Assembly (NCBI GenBank): GCA_030040855.1
Contig: JASHSL010000259.1
Location: forward strand, 1-37,645
DNA: 37,645 nt
From: Terriglobales bacterium
Lineage (GTDB): Bacteria > Acidobacteriota > Terriglobia > Terriglobales > Acidobacteriaceae
Direction of reading: 5' to 3'
Made by a program: the position numbers and the translations under genes. The notes under the pieces are model-generated. The model was not told the DNA's origin and made no database searches. It was given only the letters and a program-made list of their open reading frames with translations. Shown here one piece after another: positions 16,896 through 26,200 of the stretch. The stretch's first letter is position 1. The number at the start of each line of letters is the position of its first letter.

Positions 16896-18380
16896 TCAGA
16901 CGATCTTGGCTACGAGATCGTAGTCGTGTGCTTGGCTGATCTCGCAACAGTAAAATTCACCCGCTCGGAGCGCGCGACCTTCAGCTACGTCATTGACCAA
17001 AACCCGGCCGTCGATTTCCGGAGCGTGCATTGGAGTACGTCCCTCGAGCAGAAGGTCGCTTTCTTCGGCCCCTCCTTCGAGCAGAAATTCGAATCGCTTT
17101 CCGACCAGAGCCCGTTTGCTGCGCAGGCTGATCTTGCGCTGAATCTGCATCAGGAGCTTGCGACGGCGCTCGATTTCCTGATGGGAGAGCTTTTTCCCTA
17201 GGGCAAACGCCTCCGCACCCTCCTGATCGGAATAGCCGAAGACTCCCATCCAGTCGAACTCGGCTTCGCGGACGAAGGCGCACAACTCGTCGAATTCTTG
17301 CTCCGTCTCACCGGGAAAGCCGACGATGAATGAGGTGCGCAGGATGACTGCGGGGATGATCCGGCGCACGTTCTCGAGCAGGCGAAGAAAAACATCGGCG
17401 CCGCCACCCCGTTTCATACGCTTCAATACCGCGGGCGACGCGTGTTGCAGAGGTAGATCCACATAGGAGCAGACCTTCTCCGAAGCCGCCATGGTGTCTA
17501 GCAGGCGGGCGGTGATTTTGTTCGGGTAGGCGTAGAGGAATCGAATCCAGCGCAGACCGTCGAGGCCGGCAAGCTTCTCAAGCAGCAGCGCCAGACCGTC
17601 CTTCAGGCCCAAGTCTTCGCCGTAGCAGGTGGTGTCTTGGCCGATCAGCGTGATTTCCCGCACGCCGGAGCGAGCCAGTCGTTCAGCCTCGGCCACGACG
17701 GACTCAAATCGACGCGAACGAAACCTACCCCGCAATTGTGGAATGATGCAAAAACTGCAGGGATGGTCACAGCCCTCGGCGATCTTGAGGTAGGCCGTAT
17801 AGGGCGGAGTGGACAACACCCGGGGGGTGGCCTCGTCGTACAAGTAGTTGGGCAGATCGGCGATGGCTCCATCCCAGGACGCACGCGAGAACCGGCCTTT
17901 GGCCAGGCGGGCGTCTCCTTCGGCTCGCGAAGCCAGTACGGGCAGGGAAGAGACGGCGGGCCGGGGCGCCACTCCGGAGGCTGACAGTATGTTTTCGAGT
18001 TCTCCAGTCCCGACGACGGCATCCACTTCCGGAATGCTTTGGCGAATCGCTTCCCGGAACCGTTCCACCAGGCAACCAGCCACCACAAGCTTCCGCGCCC
18101 GACCAGCGGCTTTGTGTTGCACCATCTCGAGAATGGTGTCCACCGATTCCTGTTGCGCACTCTCGATGAACGAACAGGTGTTGACCACGATGATATCGGC
18201 GTCTTCCGGTCGGCGAACCAACTCGGCTCCCGCCCGGCTCAGCATTCCCATCATGACTTCGGTATCGACAAGGTTTTTGGGGCAGCCTAGGCTGACAAAG
18301 CCAACCCTTGCCCTGGGAGAGGGCCTGCTTTCGGTTGCGTCCTCGACGTTGGGAGCTACGGTCAGGTTCGGGTGGGACAT
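16896..18380 (-). CDS. rimO: Ribosomal protein S12 methylthiotransferase RimO (radical SAM)
   Basis: UPF0004 N-domain VGFVSLGCPKNLVDTE, radical SAM CDHPCSFCIIP, and a C-terminal TRAM-like region. Confidence 0.9.
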   Translation of the reverse strand: MSHPNLTVAPNVEDATESRPSPRARVGFVSLGCPKNLVDTEVMMGMLSRAGAELVRRPEDADIIVVNTCSFIESAQQESVDTILEMVQHKAAGRARKLVVAGCLVERFREAIRQSIPEVDAVVGTGELENILSASGVAPRPAVSSLPVLASRAEGDARLAKGRFSRASWDGAIADLPNYLYDEATPRVLSTPPYTAYLKIAEGCDHPCSFCIIPQLRGRFRSRRFESVVAEAERLARSGVREITLIGQDTTCYGEDLGLKDGLALLLEKLAGLDGLRWIRFLYAYPNKITARLLDTMAASEKVCSYVDLPLQHASPAVLKRMKRGGGADVFLRLLENVRRIIPAVILRTSFIVGFPGETEQEFDELCAFVREAEFDWMGVFGYSDQEGAEAFALGKKLSHQEIERRRKLLMQIQRKISLRSKRALVGKRFEFLLEGGAEESDLLLEGRTPMHAPEIDGRVLVNDVAEGRALRAGEFYCCEISQAHDYDLVAKIV

Positions 18381-18391
18381 GCAATGGCTTT

Positions 18392-18400
18392 ATTCTAACA
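18392..18400 (-). promoter_or_regulatory. Extended -10-like TGTTAGAAT, 11 nt upstream of the rimO ATG
   Basis: The minus strand reads TGTTAGAATAAAGCCATTGC-ATG. There is no SD. Confidence 0.45.
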
Positions 18401-18484
18401 TCGCTCGGGCGGAGACCCCGGACCGATCGGCGGCGGACAACAGCTCCTTCCAGGGGCGAGAGGTTGCGCGAATCCGGAGCTGGT

Positions 18485-20665
18485 CTAGTGGCGGCGGGCG
18501 CTTGCGATCTCAGCAAAGATCTTCGGCAAACGCGCGGCATCTTCCGCCGAATCTCCGAAGCGCGCCCGTTCATAAGATTGTGTAAGGCGGGAGATCCGCT
18601 CACGTAGAGCGAGGTCAGGAATCGAGTGCAGGAATTCTTCCGGCGTTTGCACCGGGGATTTCCGAAAGCCTCGTTTGGCAAGTGTCCGGATGGTGCGTTC
18701 GTACCAAATGGTCGCAGCTGCCCGGGGAAACTTCTCGGGATGTGCCGCCATCCGCTGCCGCCGGATCGCCCTCCACAACCGAGTAGCATTGCCGCCTACG
18801 ATCAGCAAGAACACGGCGCACACGGCTTTGCCACTCCAAGCCAAGGGAGCCTGGGAGACGATTTCTCCGGAGCGTCGAGCGGCGTCGAGCAAGCCCTGGT
18901 ACCCGTGCCAGGCCCAGGTTTGGGTGTGACGGAACCACTCGAGTGCGCCCCGGGCTGCCTGCTGGGTAAGGATATGCTGATGACTGACATCATAGTTGAT
19001 GACCCATTCGCGCCAGAATGAGGCGGCCGCATCGAAGTACAGCATCACTCGGCTCCAACCGGTGCGGGCGGGCGCGGGAGCGGCGGGGGTGGGATCAAAA
19101 CTGATCCATCCATAGCCGGGAAAGAACACCTCGACCCAGGAGTGCGCATCTCTGGCCCGCACCAGGTACTGGGAAGTGATGTCGTTGAACTCGCCCGTGC
19201 GGAACCCGTTCACCACCCGCGCCGGAATTCCCACGGTGCGCAGCATGATTGCCATGGCGGAAGCGAAATATTCACAATGCCCTTGCTTGCGCTCAAAGAG
19301 AAAGTTGGCCAGCGGGTCGCGCTCGACCGTGCGCGGCAAGGTAAGGCTGTAGGTGAAGTGCGTGCGCAGGTATCGTTCGATGGCGACGGCTTTGTCGTAA
19401 TTGTTGTTGGCCGAAGAGGTGATCTGCTCTGCCAAGCTGGCAATGCGCGGATCCAGCCCACCGGGAGTCCCGAGGTCGTTCAACAAGATTTGGGGAGGAT
19501 ACTGGGCAGCGGACGTGCGCAGTTGTCGAGGACTGTGCTCGGCGATATTCGAACTCGCTTCGTAGGTATTCACCGGATGTTCGAGATCGGGGTCAAAGAC
19601 CGCGCCGCCGTCGTCCATCGAGATCACCCGATAGTCCCCTTCCAGGGTTAACGGCGTGGGTGCCAGGAAGAACACACTGCTGGCGACCGGCTCCATCAAA
19701 ACTCGATAGCGAATAATCCGGACCGGGCCGGGAAGCTCATGGTTGGTGTCCGGTTGAGCCAACACAAACCGGTTGCCCAGGCGGCGCACAAAATGTTGTT
19801 CGTGAGGGTTGGACCAACTTCGGCCGTTGAATAAGTTCAGGGTCACTCCCCGCCACTTCAAGTCGAACATGCCATGCCGGTCGCCCTCGACTTGAATATG
19901 CATGACCAGGGCACTCGACTGCTGAATCTCGCCGATCTGACCGAGCTGCACCTGGTCGCTAAAACCGGTGGCAATTCCGGTGCCAACCGCATATTGGCTC
20001 AGGTAACCGCTCGAAAGCCGGGGCAGAACCAGAAAGATGACTGCGCCCGCCAGCAGGAGGAAGAGAACAAACCCGGGAGCCGACAGAACCAACCAAAGCC
20101 CCAGCCCCTTGGCCAGGCCCTCATCCCCGCTAGCACTGGCCCGGATGGTCGCCTGACGAGAGGCACTCAGCATTTCCATCAAGATGAACGTCACCACGCC
20201 CACGAGCAGGAAGGCGGCAAAGGCAAACAAGAATGTGCTCTCGACCGTCAGTACCGATGCGCCGAGCAGCATCAGAAAGGAAATCACCGCGAGAAAGTAG
20301 TAGTCGCGCTCGCGCCTCGCGGAAAACAGCCGCACGACCATCACGAAAAGCAGAAGATGCACGGTCGAGCCTAGAAACGTACGCGAGAGGAAGAAATAAT
20401 CCGCGAGGTAGAAGAGCCCATAAGCGACCGTAAGCGGTGTCGTCCAGCTCTCCGGAATCAGGATGGACTGGCAGGAGACCAACGTATATCCGCGAAACAG
20501 AAGAGCGGCGCCGACCAGCAAAACCGGTCCCAGATCGAGCCCTCCGGTCGACGCCAAGCAGCCAAATCCGACGAAGATCAGCAGGTAGAGTGCGATCTCA
20601 AAATAGCGCTCCATGGCGACCGTAACCGTGGGCGCAGCCGCTTCCGCAGGGTTCGCTACCAGCAT
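18485..20665 (-). CDS. TgpA-like membrane transglutaminase (DUF3488 / transglutaminase core / DUF4129 layout)
   Basis: About 6 N-terminal TM segments. The transglutaminase core is QGHCEYFASAMAIMLRTVGIPARVVNGF...DAHSWVEVF. A further TM and a C-terminal domain follow. The start is uncertain (ATG 20665 or the internal ATG 20614, MERYFEI). Neither has an SD. Confidence 0.8.
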   Translation of the reverse strand: MLVANPAEAAAPTVTVAMERYFEIALYLLIFVGFGCLASTGGLDLGPVLLVGAALLFRGYTLVSCQSILIPESWTTPLTVAYGLFYLADYFFLSRTFLGSTVHLLLFVMVVRLFSARRERDYYFLAVISFLMLLGASVLTVESTFLFAFAAFLLVGVVTFILMEMLSASRQATIRASASGDEGLAKGLGLWLVLSAPGFVLFLLLAGAVIFLVLPRLSSGYLSQYAVGTGIATGFSDQVQLGQIGEIQQSSALVMHIQVEGDRHGMFDLKWRGVTLNLFNGRSWSNPHEQHFVRRLGNRFVLAQPDTNHELPGPVRIIRYRVLMEPVASSVFFLAPTPLTLEGDYRVISMDDGGAVFDPDLEHPVNTYEASSNIAEHSPRQLRTSAAQYPPQILLNDLGTPGGLDPRIASLAEQITSSANNNYDKAVAIERYLRTHFTYSLTLPRTVERDPLANFLFERKQGHCEYFASAMAIMLRTVGIPARVVNGFRTGEFNDITSQYLVRARDAHSWVEVFFPGYGWISFDPTPAAPAPARTGWSRVMLYFDAAASFWREWVINYDVSHQHILTQQAARGALEWFRHTQTWAWHGYQGLLDAARRSGEIVSQAPLAWSGKAVCAVFLLIVGGNATRLWRAIRRQRMAAHPEKFPRAAATIWYERTIRTLAKRGFRKSPVQTPEEFLHSIPDLALRERISRLTQSYERARFGDSAEDAARLPKIFAEIASARRH

Positions 20666-20816
20666 GGGCTTTCTGTATTGTTGGCGATTTCCCAGGGAAA
20701 GGGAAGAGTACGGAAGCTTGGTAGTCAGGATACTGGGTCCGCAGTCTTGCCGATCCGTCCCCTCCCGCAGCAGGGAACATCACGGCCGGCAAGGCGCGTA
20801 GCTCCGCCCCGACTCC

Positions 20817-20825
20817 TGCTAGAAT
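20817..20825 (+). promoter_or_regulatory. Extended -10-like TGCTAGAAT for the SRP RNA
   Basis: It ends 6 nt before the first base (G20832) of the closing stem of the SRP RNA hairpin. Confidence 0.5.
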
Positions 20826-20831
20826 CTCACT

Positions 20832-20936
20832 GTCAGGCATCGGTCCCGCGCAACGTTTTCCCGCCAACCCCGCCAGGTCCGGAAGGAAGCAACGGTAACG
20901 GGCTCTTGCGTGTGCAGCGGGTCTCCGGTGCCTGGC
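20832..20936 (+). ncRNA. ffs: Signal recognition particle RNA, small 4.5S type
   Basis: AGGTCCGGAAGGAAGCA at 20875-20891 is identical to the apical helix-8 motif of E. coli 4.5S RNA (GGAA tetraloop at 20881-20884). Hand folding gives one extended hairpin of about 105 nt. It is closed by a 12-bp stem (GTCAGGCATCGG 20832-20843 with CCGGTGCCTGGC 20925-20936), with internal CCCGC/GCGGG and CCCG/CGGG pairings. TGCTAGAAT ends 6 nt before the predicted 5' end. The ends are approximate, within about 10 nt. Confidence 0.8.
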
Positions 20937-21063
20937 TTTCAGATTCCCTGCGCGGCGGCCTCGCCAGACTGTCTTCCCGAGTCTGCACATCCTTCGGCTC
21001 CAGGCCCGGTAACACCCAGGCTCGCGGGAGCGGGTGCGAGTTACTTGGACATTACTGGACGCG

Positions 21064-21073
21064 TGCGTACAAT
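21064..21073 (+). promoter_or_regulatory. Putative -10 region TGCGTACAAT upstream of fabH
   Basis: It lies 35 nt upstream of GTG 21109. The same TGCGTA..A.T pattern occurs at 22348-22357. Confidence 0.3.
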
Positions 21074-21108
21074 AGACGCTTTACCTTTGGAACCGGAGAA
21101 GCCAACGA

Positions 21109-22104
21109 GTGAGCCAAATCGTGCGCGCCAAGATCACTGCTCTAGGAACCTATGTTCCGCCCCGCCTGTTGACCAACGCGGATCTGGAAAAGATGGTGGA
21201 GACGAGCGATCAATGGATCATCGAGCGAGTGGGGATTCGGGAGCGGCATATTGTGGACAAAGGCGTTGCCACCAGTGATTTGGGAGTGCAGGCGGCGAAG
21301 CGGGCGTTGGCGGAGCGGGGCATCGCACCCTCGGATCTTGAGGCTATCATCGTGGCCACGGTCACACCGGATATGCTGTTTCCATGCTCGGCCTGCCTGG
21401 TGCAGCACAAGCTGGGCGCGAAACGGGTCTGGGGATTCGACTTGAATGCGGCCTGTTCCTCGTTCCTCTATGCCCTGCAAGTGGGGTCGCGATTCATTGC
21501 CTCGGGAGTGCACAAGAAAGTCATGGTGATCGGCGCCGACGTGATGTCGTCCATCATCGACTACACCGACCGCGCAACCTGCGTCATTTTCGGAGATGGT
21601 GCCGGAGCCGTGATCCTCGAACCGGCCGAGGACTCCTTGGGCGTCATCGATTTCCTGCATGAAGTGGATGGATCTGGAGGGTGCTCGCTGTTCATGCCGG
21701 GGGGAGGCAGCCTCAATCCGGCGAGCCACGAAACCGTCAACCAAAAGATGCACTATGTCCACCAGGACGGCCAGGCGGTCTTCAAGTTTGCCGTTCGCAA
21801 AATGGCGGAGCTCTGCGAGGAGCTACTCAAACGCAATGGCTTGACGTCGGATGACATTGACGTTTTTGTTCCTCATCAGGCCAACAAAAGGATCATCACC
21901 GCGACCGCGGATCGCTTGGGGATGCCGATCGAAAAGGTGATTATCGACATCGACCGCTATGGCAACACAACCTCCGCTACAATACCTCTCGCCATGAATA
22001 GCGCGCGTCAGCAAGGCAAGCTGAACAAGGGCGATTTAGCGCTGCTGGCTGCGGTTGGTGCAGGCTTCACGGTCGGCACCGCCCTGGTCCGCTGGGCATA
22101 TTAA
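21109..22104 (+). CDS. fabH: Beta-ketoacyl-ACP synthase III
   Basis: [29 protein letters not shown], active-site NAACSSF, and HQAN and GNTSSA-like (GNTTSAT) motifs. GTG start with GGAG 10 nt upstream. Confidence 0.92.
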   Translation: MSQIVRAKITALGTYVPPRLLTNADLEKMVETSDQWIIERVGIRERHIVDKGVATSDLGVQAAKRALAERGIAPSDLEAIIVATVTPDMLFPCSACLVQHKLGAKRVWGFDLNAACSSFLYALQVGSRFIASGVHKKVMVIGADVMSSIIDYTDRATCVIFGDGAGAVILEPAEDSLGVIDFLHEVDGSGGCSLFMPGGGSLNPASHETVNQKMHYVHQDGQAVFKFAVRKMAELCEELLKRNGLTSDDIDVFVPHQANKRIITATADRLGMPIEKVIIDIDRYGNTTSATIPLAMNSARQQGKLNKGDLALLAAVGAGFTVGTALVRWAY

Positions 22105-22347
22105 GAGCCTCCCCTGTCGAGCGGTAGCGTCGACTCTTGACATAAATGCCGGCAGCGCAGTGCAAACGACCCTATCAAACTCCCCTGATCGCGACATGCG
22201 CGCTCACCCCGCCTCTTGATCTCCGCCAGTCTCGCTAGAGGGCATGGGTGTAGTGCGAGGAGGATGAAAAGTGCTGTTCTGCACTCCTCTGATCTCTCTC
22301 ACCTGAAATCTCGTCCCGGTCTCAACGGGAACCTGCAGACCACTTTC

Positions 22348-22357
22348 TGCGTATACT
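22348..22357 (+). promoter_or_regulatory. Putative -10 region TGCGTATACT upstream of the ABC ATPase gene
   Basis: It lies 25 nt upstream of ATG 22383, with GAGGAG between it and the start codon. Confidence 0.3.
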
Positions 22358-22382
22358 CAGATATTGTTGGATAGAGGAGTGC

Positions 22383-23279
22383 ATGGAACTTCGAATCAAT
22401 AATCTCTGCAAAAGATATGGCAACAGCGTGCAAGCGCTGCACAACGTTTCGCTAACGATTCCGCTAGGCATGTTTGGCTTGCTCGGGCCTAACGGTGCGG
22501 GCAAATCCACCCTGATGCGAACCCTGGCAACTCTGCAGGAGGCGGATAGCGGAACTGCAACACTTGATGGAATCGACGTCCTAAAACAGAAAGACGACGT
22601 ACGCCGCGTGCTCGGATACTTGCCGCAGGAATTCGGCTTGTATCCCAAGGTCTCTGCAGAGAATTTGCTGATGCACTTCGCCGCCCTGAAAGGAATCAGG
22701 AAAACGCGGCGCGAAGTGGTGAATGCACTGTTGCAACAGACCAATCTGTGGGAGCATCGCCGGAAGCCTCTCGGCAGTTTCTCTGGCGGCATGAAGCAAC
22801 GCTTCGGCATCGCGCAAGCCCTCTTGGGCGATCCTCGCCTGATCATCGTGGACGAACCCACGGCCGGCCTCGACCCCGAGGAGCGCGTTCGGTTCCATAA
22901 CCTGCTCAGCGCCATCGGACAAAACATCATCGTCATTCTTTCTACCCATATCGTTTCCGATGTCAGCGACCTATGCGGGCGAATGGCGATTATTCACCAG
23001 GGGCGGGTCCTGCTCGCGGGTGAACCCGCCACCCTTGTGGCGGAACTTCAAGGGCGGATATGGAAGAAAGCAATTGATGCCAGTGAGCTAGCCAGGAGTG
23101 GGGAACAATTTCAAGTGGTCATGGTGCGACTCTTCGCCGGAAAGACCCTGATCCATGTCCTCAGCGATGGGCAGCCGGGAGCAGGGTTCGAGCCTGTTCT
23201 TCCCGATCTGGAGGATCTGTACTTCGCAGCGATCCGCGGCTTCCTGAGTAAGCCGGCGCTGGCCGCGCCACTGAATTAG
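22383..23279 (+). CDS. ABC transporter ATP-binding protein (ABC-2 subfamily type) with a C-terminal extension of about 80 aa
   Basis: Walker A GPNGAGKST, signature FSGGMKQR, Walker B LIIVDEPTAGLD, H-loop STHIV. GAGGAG lies 3 nt upstream of the ATG. The stop is 4 nt before the next ORF. Confidence 0.9.
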   Translation: MELRINNLCKRYGNSVQALHNVSLTIPLGMFGLLGPNGAGKSTLMRTLATLQEADSGTATLDGIDVLKQKDDVRRVLGYLPQEFGLYPKVSAENLLMHFAALKGIRKTRREVVNALLQQTNLWEHRRKPLGSFSGGMKQRFGIAQALLGDPRLIIVDEPTAGLDPEERVRFHNLLSAIGQNIIVILSTHIVSDVSDLCGRMAIIHQGRVLLAGEPATLVAELQGRIWKKAIDASELARSGEQFQVVMVRLFAGKTLIHVLSDGQPGAGFEPVLPDLEDLYFAAIRGFLSKPALAAPLN

Positions 23280-23283
23280 TTCC

Positions 23284-26200
23284 ATGGTTCTCACCATTGC
23301 GGGCTTCGAATGTGGTCAGAGACTGCAGCGCATCTCCACCTACGTCTATCTTTTCGTCTTTTGCGGATTGGGATATCTATTCACTCTAATGTCGGGCGGT
23401 GCGGTGCCGGGCGCTAGCGTCGAGTTTGGGACCGGGGGCAAGGTTCTACTGAACTCTCCTTTTGCCCTGGATATCATCATCGCCTATGTGAGCTTCTTCG
23501 GCGTGGTGGTGACGGCCGCCATCGCTGGACAAGCAACCTTTCAGGATGTCGACTATCGTGCTACGGATTTCTTCTTTACTGCACCGATTACCAAGTTTGA
23601 CTATTTGGCAGGCCGCTTTCTTGCTGCGCTGGCCATTCAAGTCGTGATCTTTGCCAGTGTGGGTTTGGGAGCGTGGATCGGCACGCAAATGCCATGGCTC
23701 GATCCTACACGGCTTGGTCCGCAGCGACTCGCTGCATATTTGCACCCGTACTTCACACTTGTTCTGCCGAATCTGATTTTGCTGACGGCAATCTTCTTTG
23801 CCTTGGCGGCATTGGGGAAAAAGATGCTTCCCGTTTATGCTGGCAGCGTCCTTCTGCTGATCGGTTATTTCGTCGCTCAACAACTTTCGAGCAGTGTAAC
23901 CGCCAGCGTGCCTGCGGCGCTGGCGGATCCGTTTGGGGGAAACGCCATGGACCGCCTCACCCGGTATTGGACGCCCTTTGAGCGCAACACACAGCTGATT
24001 CCCTTAACAGGAATCATGCTGTGGAATCGGGTCTTATGGCTGGGCGTAGGCGGAGCACTACTGGCGCTTACGTATGCTAAATTCTCCTTTTCTTACGTTG
24101 CCTGGAGAGGCAAGGGGCGCAAGCCGATTGCTCCGGAGGAAGAGATCACTCCCGTTTCCACCCCAGCTTTGCCCCTGCCAGCTCGAGAGTTTTGCTCTGG
24201 TGCCTCGTTAAGCCAGTTTCTCTCGCTCACTCGTATCCAGTTCAGCGAGACGGTTAAGAATGTTTTCTTCCTTGTTCTTTTGCTGGCAGGCGGCTTATTT
24301 GCAATCTTCGCCGCGAACGGGGTCGGCAATCCGTTTTCCACGCGCACGTACCCGGTGACTTACAACATGCTGCAGTTGTCGAGCGCAGGGTTCTTTGTAT
24401 TTGCGCTTGCCATCATTACCTTTTATGCAGGCGAATTGGTTTGGCGGGAGCGGGATGCGGGTGTCAATCAGATTGTGGATGCTCTCCCGGTCGAGCGCTG
24501 GGTGCTGTTCTCTTCGAAGCTGGCAGCTTTGATGCTGGTGCAGGTGCTGATCCTGCTTGTCACCATGCTCTCAGGCCTCATTGTTCAGATCAGTCATGGT
24601 TACTACCGCTTTCAGCTCGGGCTTTACTTCACCGACCTTTGCGGCGTGCGTCTCATTCAGTTCTGGGTCTTGTGTGTGCTGGCCCTGCTCATTCACACAC
24701 TCGTGAACAACAAATATCTCGGGCATTTCGTGATGGTGCTGTATTTCATCGCTATCATCGCTCTACCCAACATGGGTCTGGAGAACTATCTTTATCGCTT
24801 TGGCCAGGCGCCCCCCTACACCTATTCTGATATGAATGGTTACGGACCATTCGCCGCGCCCTTGTTCTGGTATCACGTTTATTGGGCGATTGCCGCCGTA
24901 GCCCTGGCAATTCTTACAAATCTCTTGTGGGTGCGCTCTACCGAGAGCAGTTTCCCTACGCGGCTAAAACAGGCGGAAGGCCAATTGTCCGGCTCCGCAA
25001 TCGCGGCCCTCGCGTTCTGCTTTGTTCTCTTTCTTGGGGTAGGCAGCTACATTTTCTATAACACCAACATGCTCAATTCCTATCGCACCACCTGGCGCAT
25101 CGACGAGGACCGCGCCCAGTATGAAAGGAAATACCGGCAATATCTGACTGTGCCGCAGCCGCGGATCACTGACGTCAACACTCAGATCGATCTCTACCCT
25201 GAACGCGGGTTCGCTGACATTCGAGGTACGATGATGTTGGAGAACCAAACCTCGGCAGCGATCGATCGCATTCTTCTGACCATCTGGCCGGCGGACCTTG
25301 CGCCTTTGCCCCGCGGACATATTGCGATCGGCAAGCTGGCTTTGTCCAGCGAACAAACTGTCATCCTGCAGGATGACAGACTCGGTTTTTATATCTACCA
25401 AATGCCAACGGCCTTGCCGCCGCATGGCCATATCGCCTTGGATTTTGTGCTGAAGTACGAGAATAAGGGTTTCGTCAATTCTCGACCTAATACCGACATC
25501 GCAGCCAATGGTACTTTCCTCAACAGCGCCTACGCGCCCTTCGTCGGCTACGAAGCAGAGATCGAATTAACTGACGACAGCACGCGACACAAGCACGGAC
25601 TCACCCAACCGAAGCGCATGCCGCCGCTCGAGGATGCCGCCGCACGCAATAACAATGGCGTTTCCGCCGACGCCGACTGGATCAATTTCGAAGGAACGGT
25701 GAGCACCGCCCCGGACCAGAGCGCAATTCTGCCTGGCTACTTGCAGAAGGAATGGCTGGAAAACGGCCGGCGTTACTTCCAGTACAAAATGGATGCGCCC
25801 ATCTTGGCCATCGTTTCCGTGAATTCCGCGCGCTACGCTATACGCCGCGATCGCTGGCGGGATGTAAATCTGGAGATCTACTATCAGCCTGGTCATGAGT
25901 TCGATCTCGACCGGATGATGGACAGCATGAAGGCAACGCTCGAATATTGCAGCACGAATTTCAGCCCTTTCCAGTTTCACCAGGAACGGATCATCGAATT
26001 TCCGCGTTACGGCACATTCGCGGAATCGTTCCCGAACACAATCCCCTATTCCGAGGCGATCGGCTTCATTACCTATGTGGATTCTAAAGACCCGCAGGCT
26101 ATCGATATTCCGTTTTATGTCACCGCGCACGAAGTTGGGCATCAGTGGTGGGCGCATCAGGTCATCGGTGCGAATGTTGAGGGCGGAACCGCAATTGACG

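Noticed and set aside
18485-20665. Possibility that the TgpA-like transglutaminase marks a MoxR/DUF58/TgpA operon
   Set aside because: No MoxR-type AAA+ or DUF58 gene is present on either side in this window. The upstream side is the SRP RNA/fabH region and the downstream side is rimO. No system-level claim is warranted.
20598-21112. ORFs 20598..20990 (-), 20678..21112 (+), 20910..21278 (+) in the transglutaminase-fabH gap
   Set aside because: Implausible compositions and no RBS. The central part of the gap is explained by the SRP RNA hairpin and its promoter.
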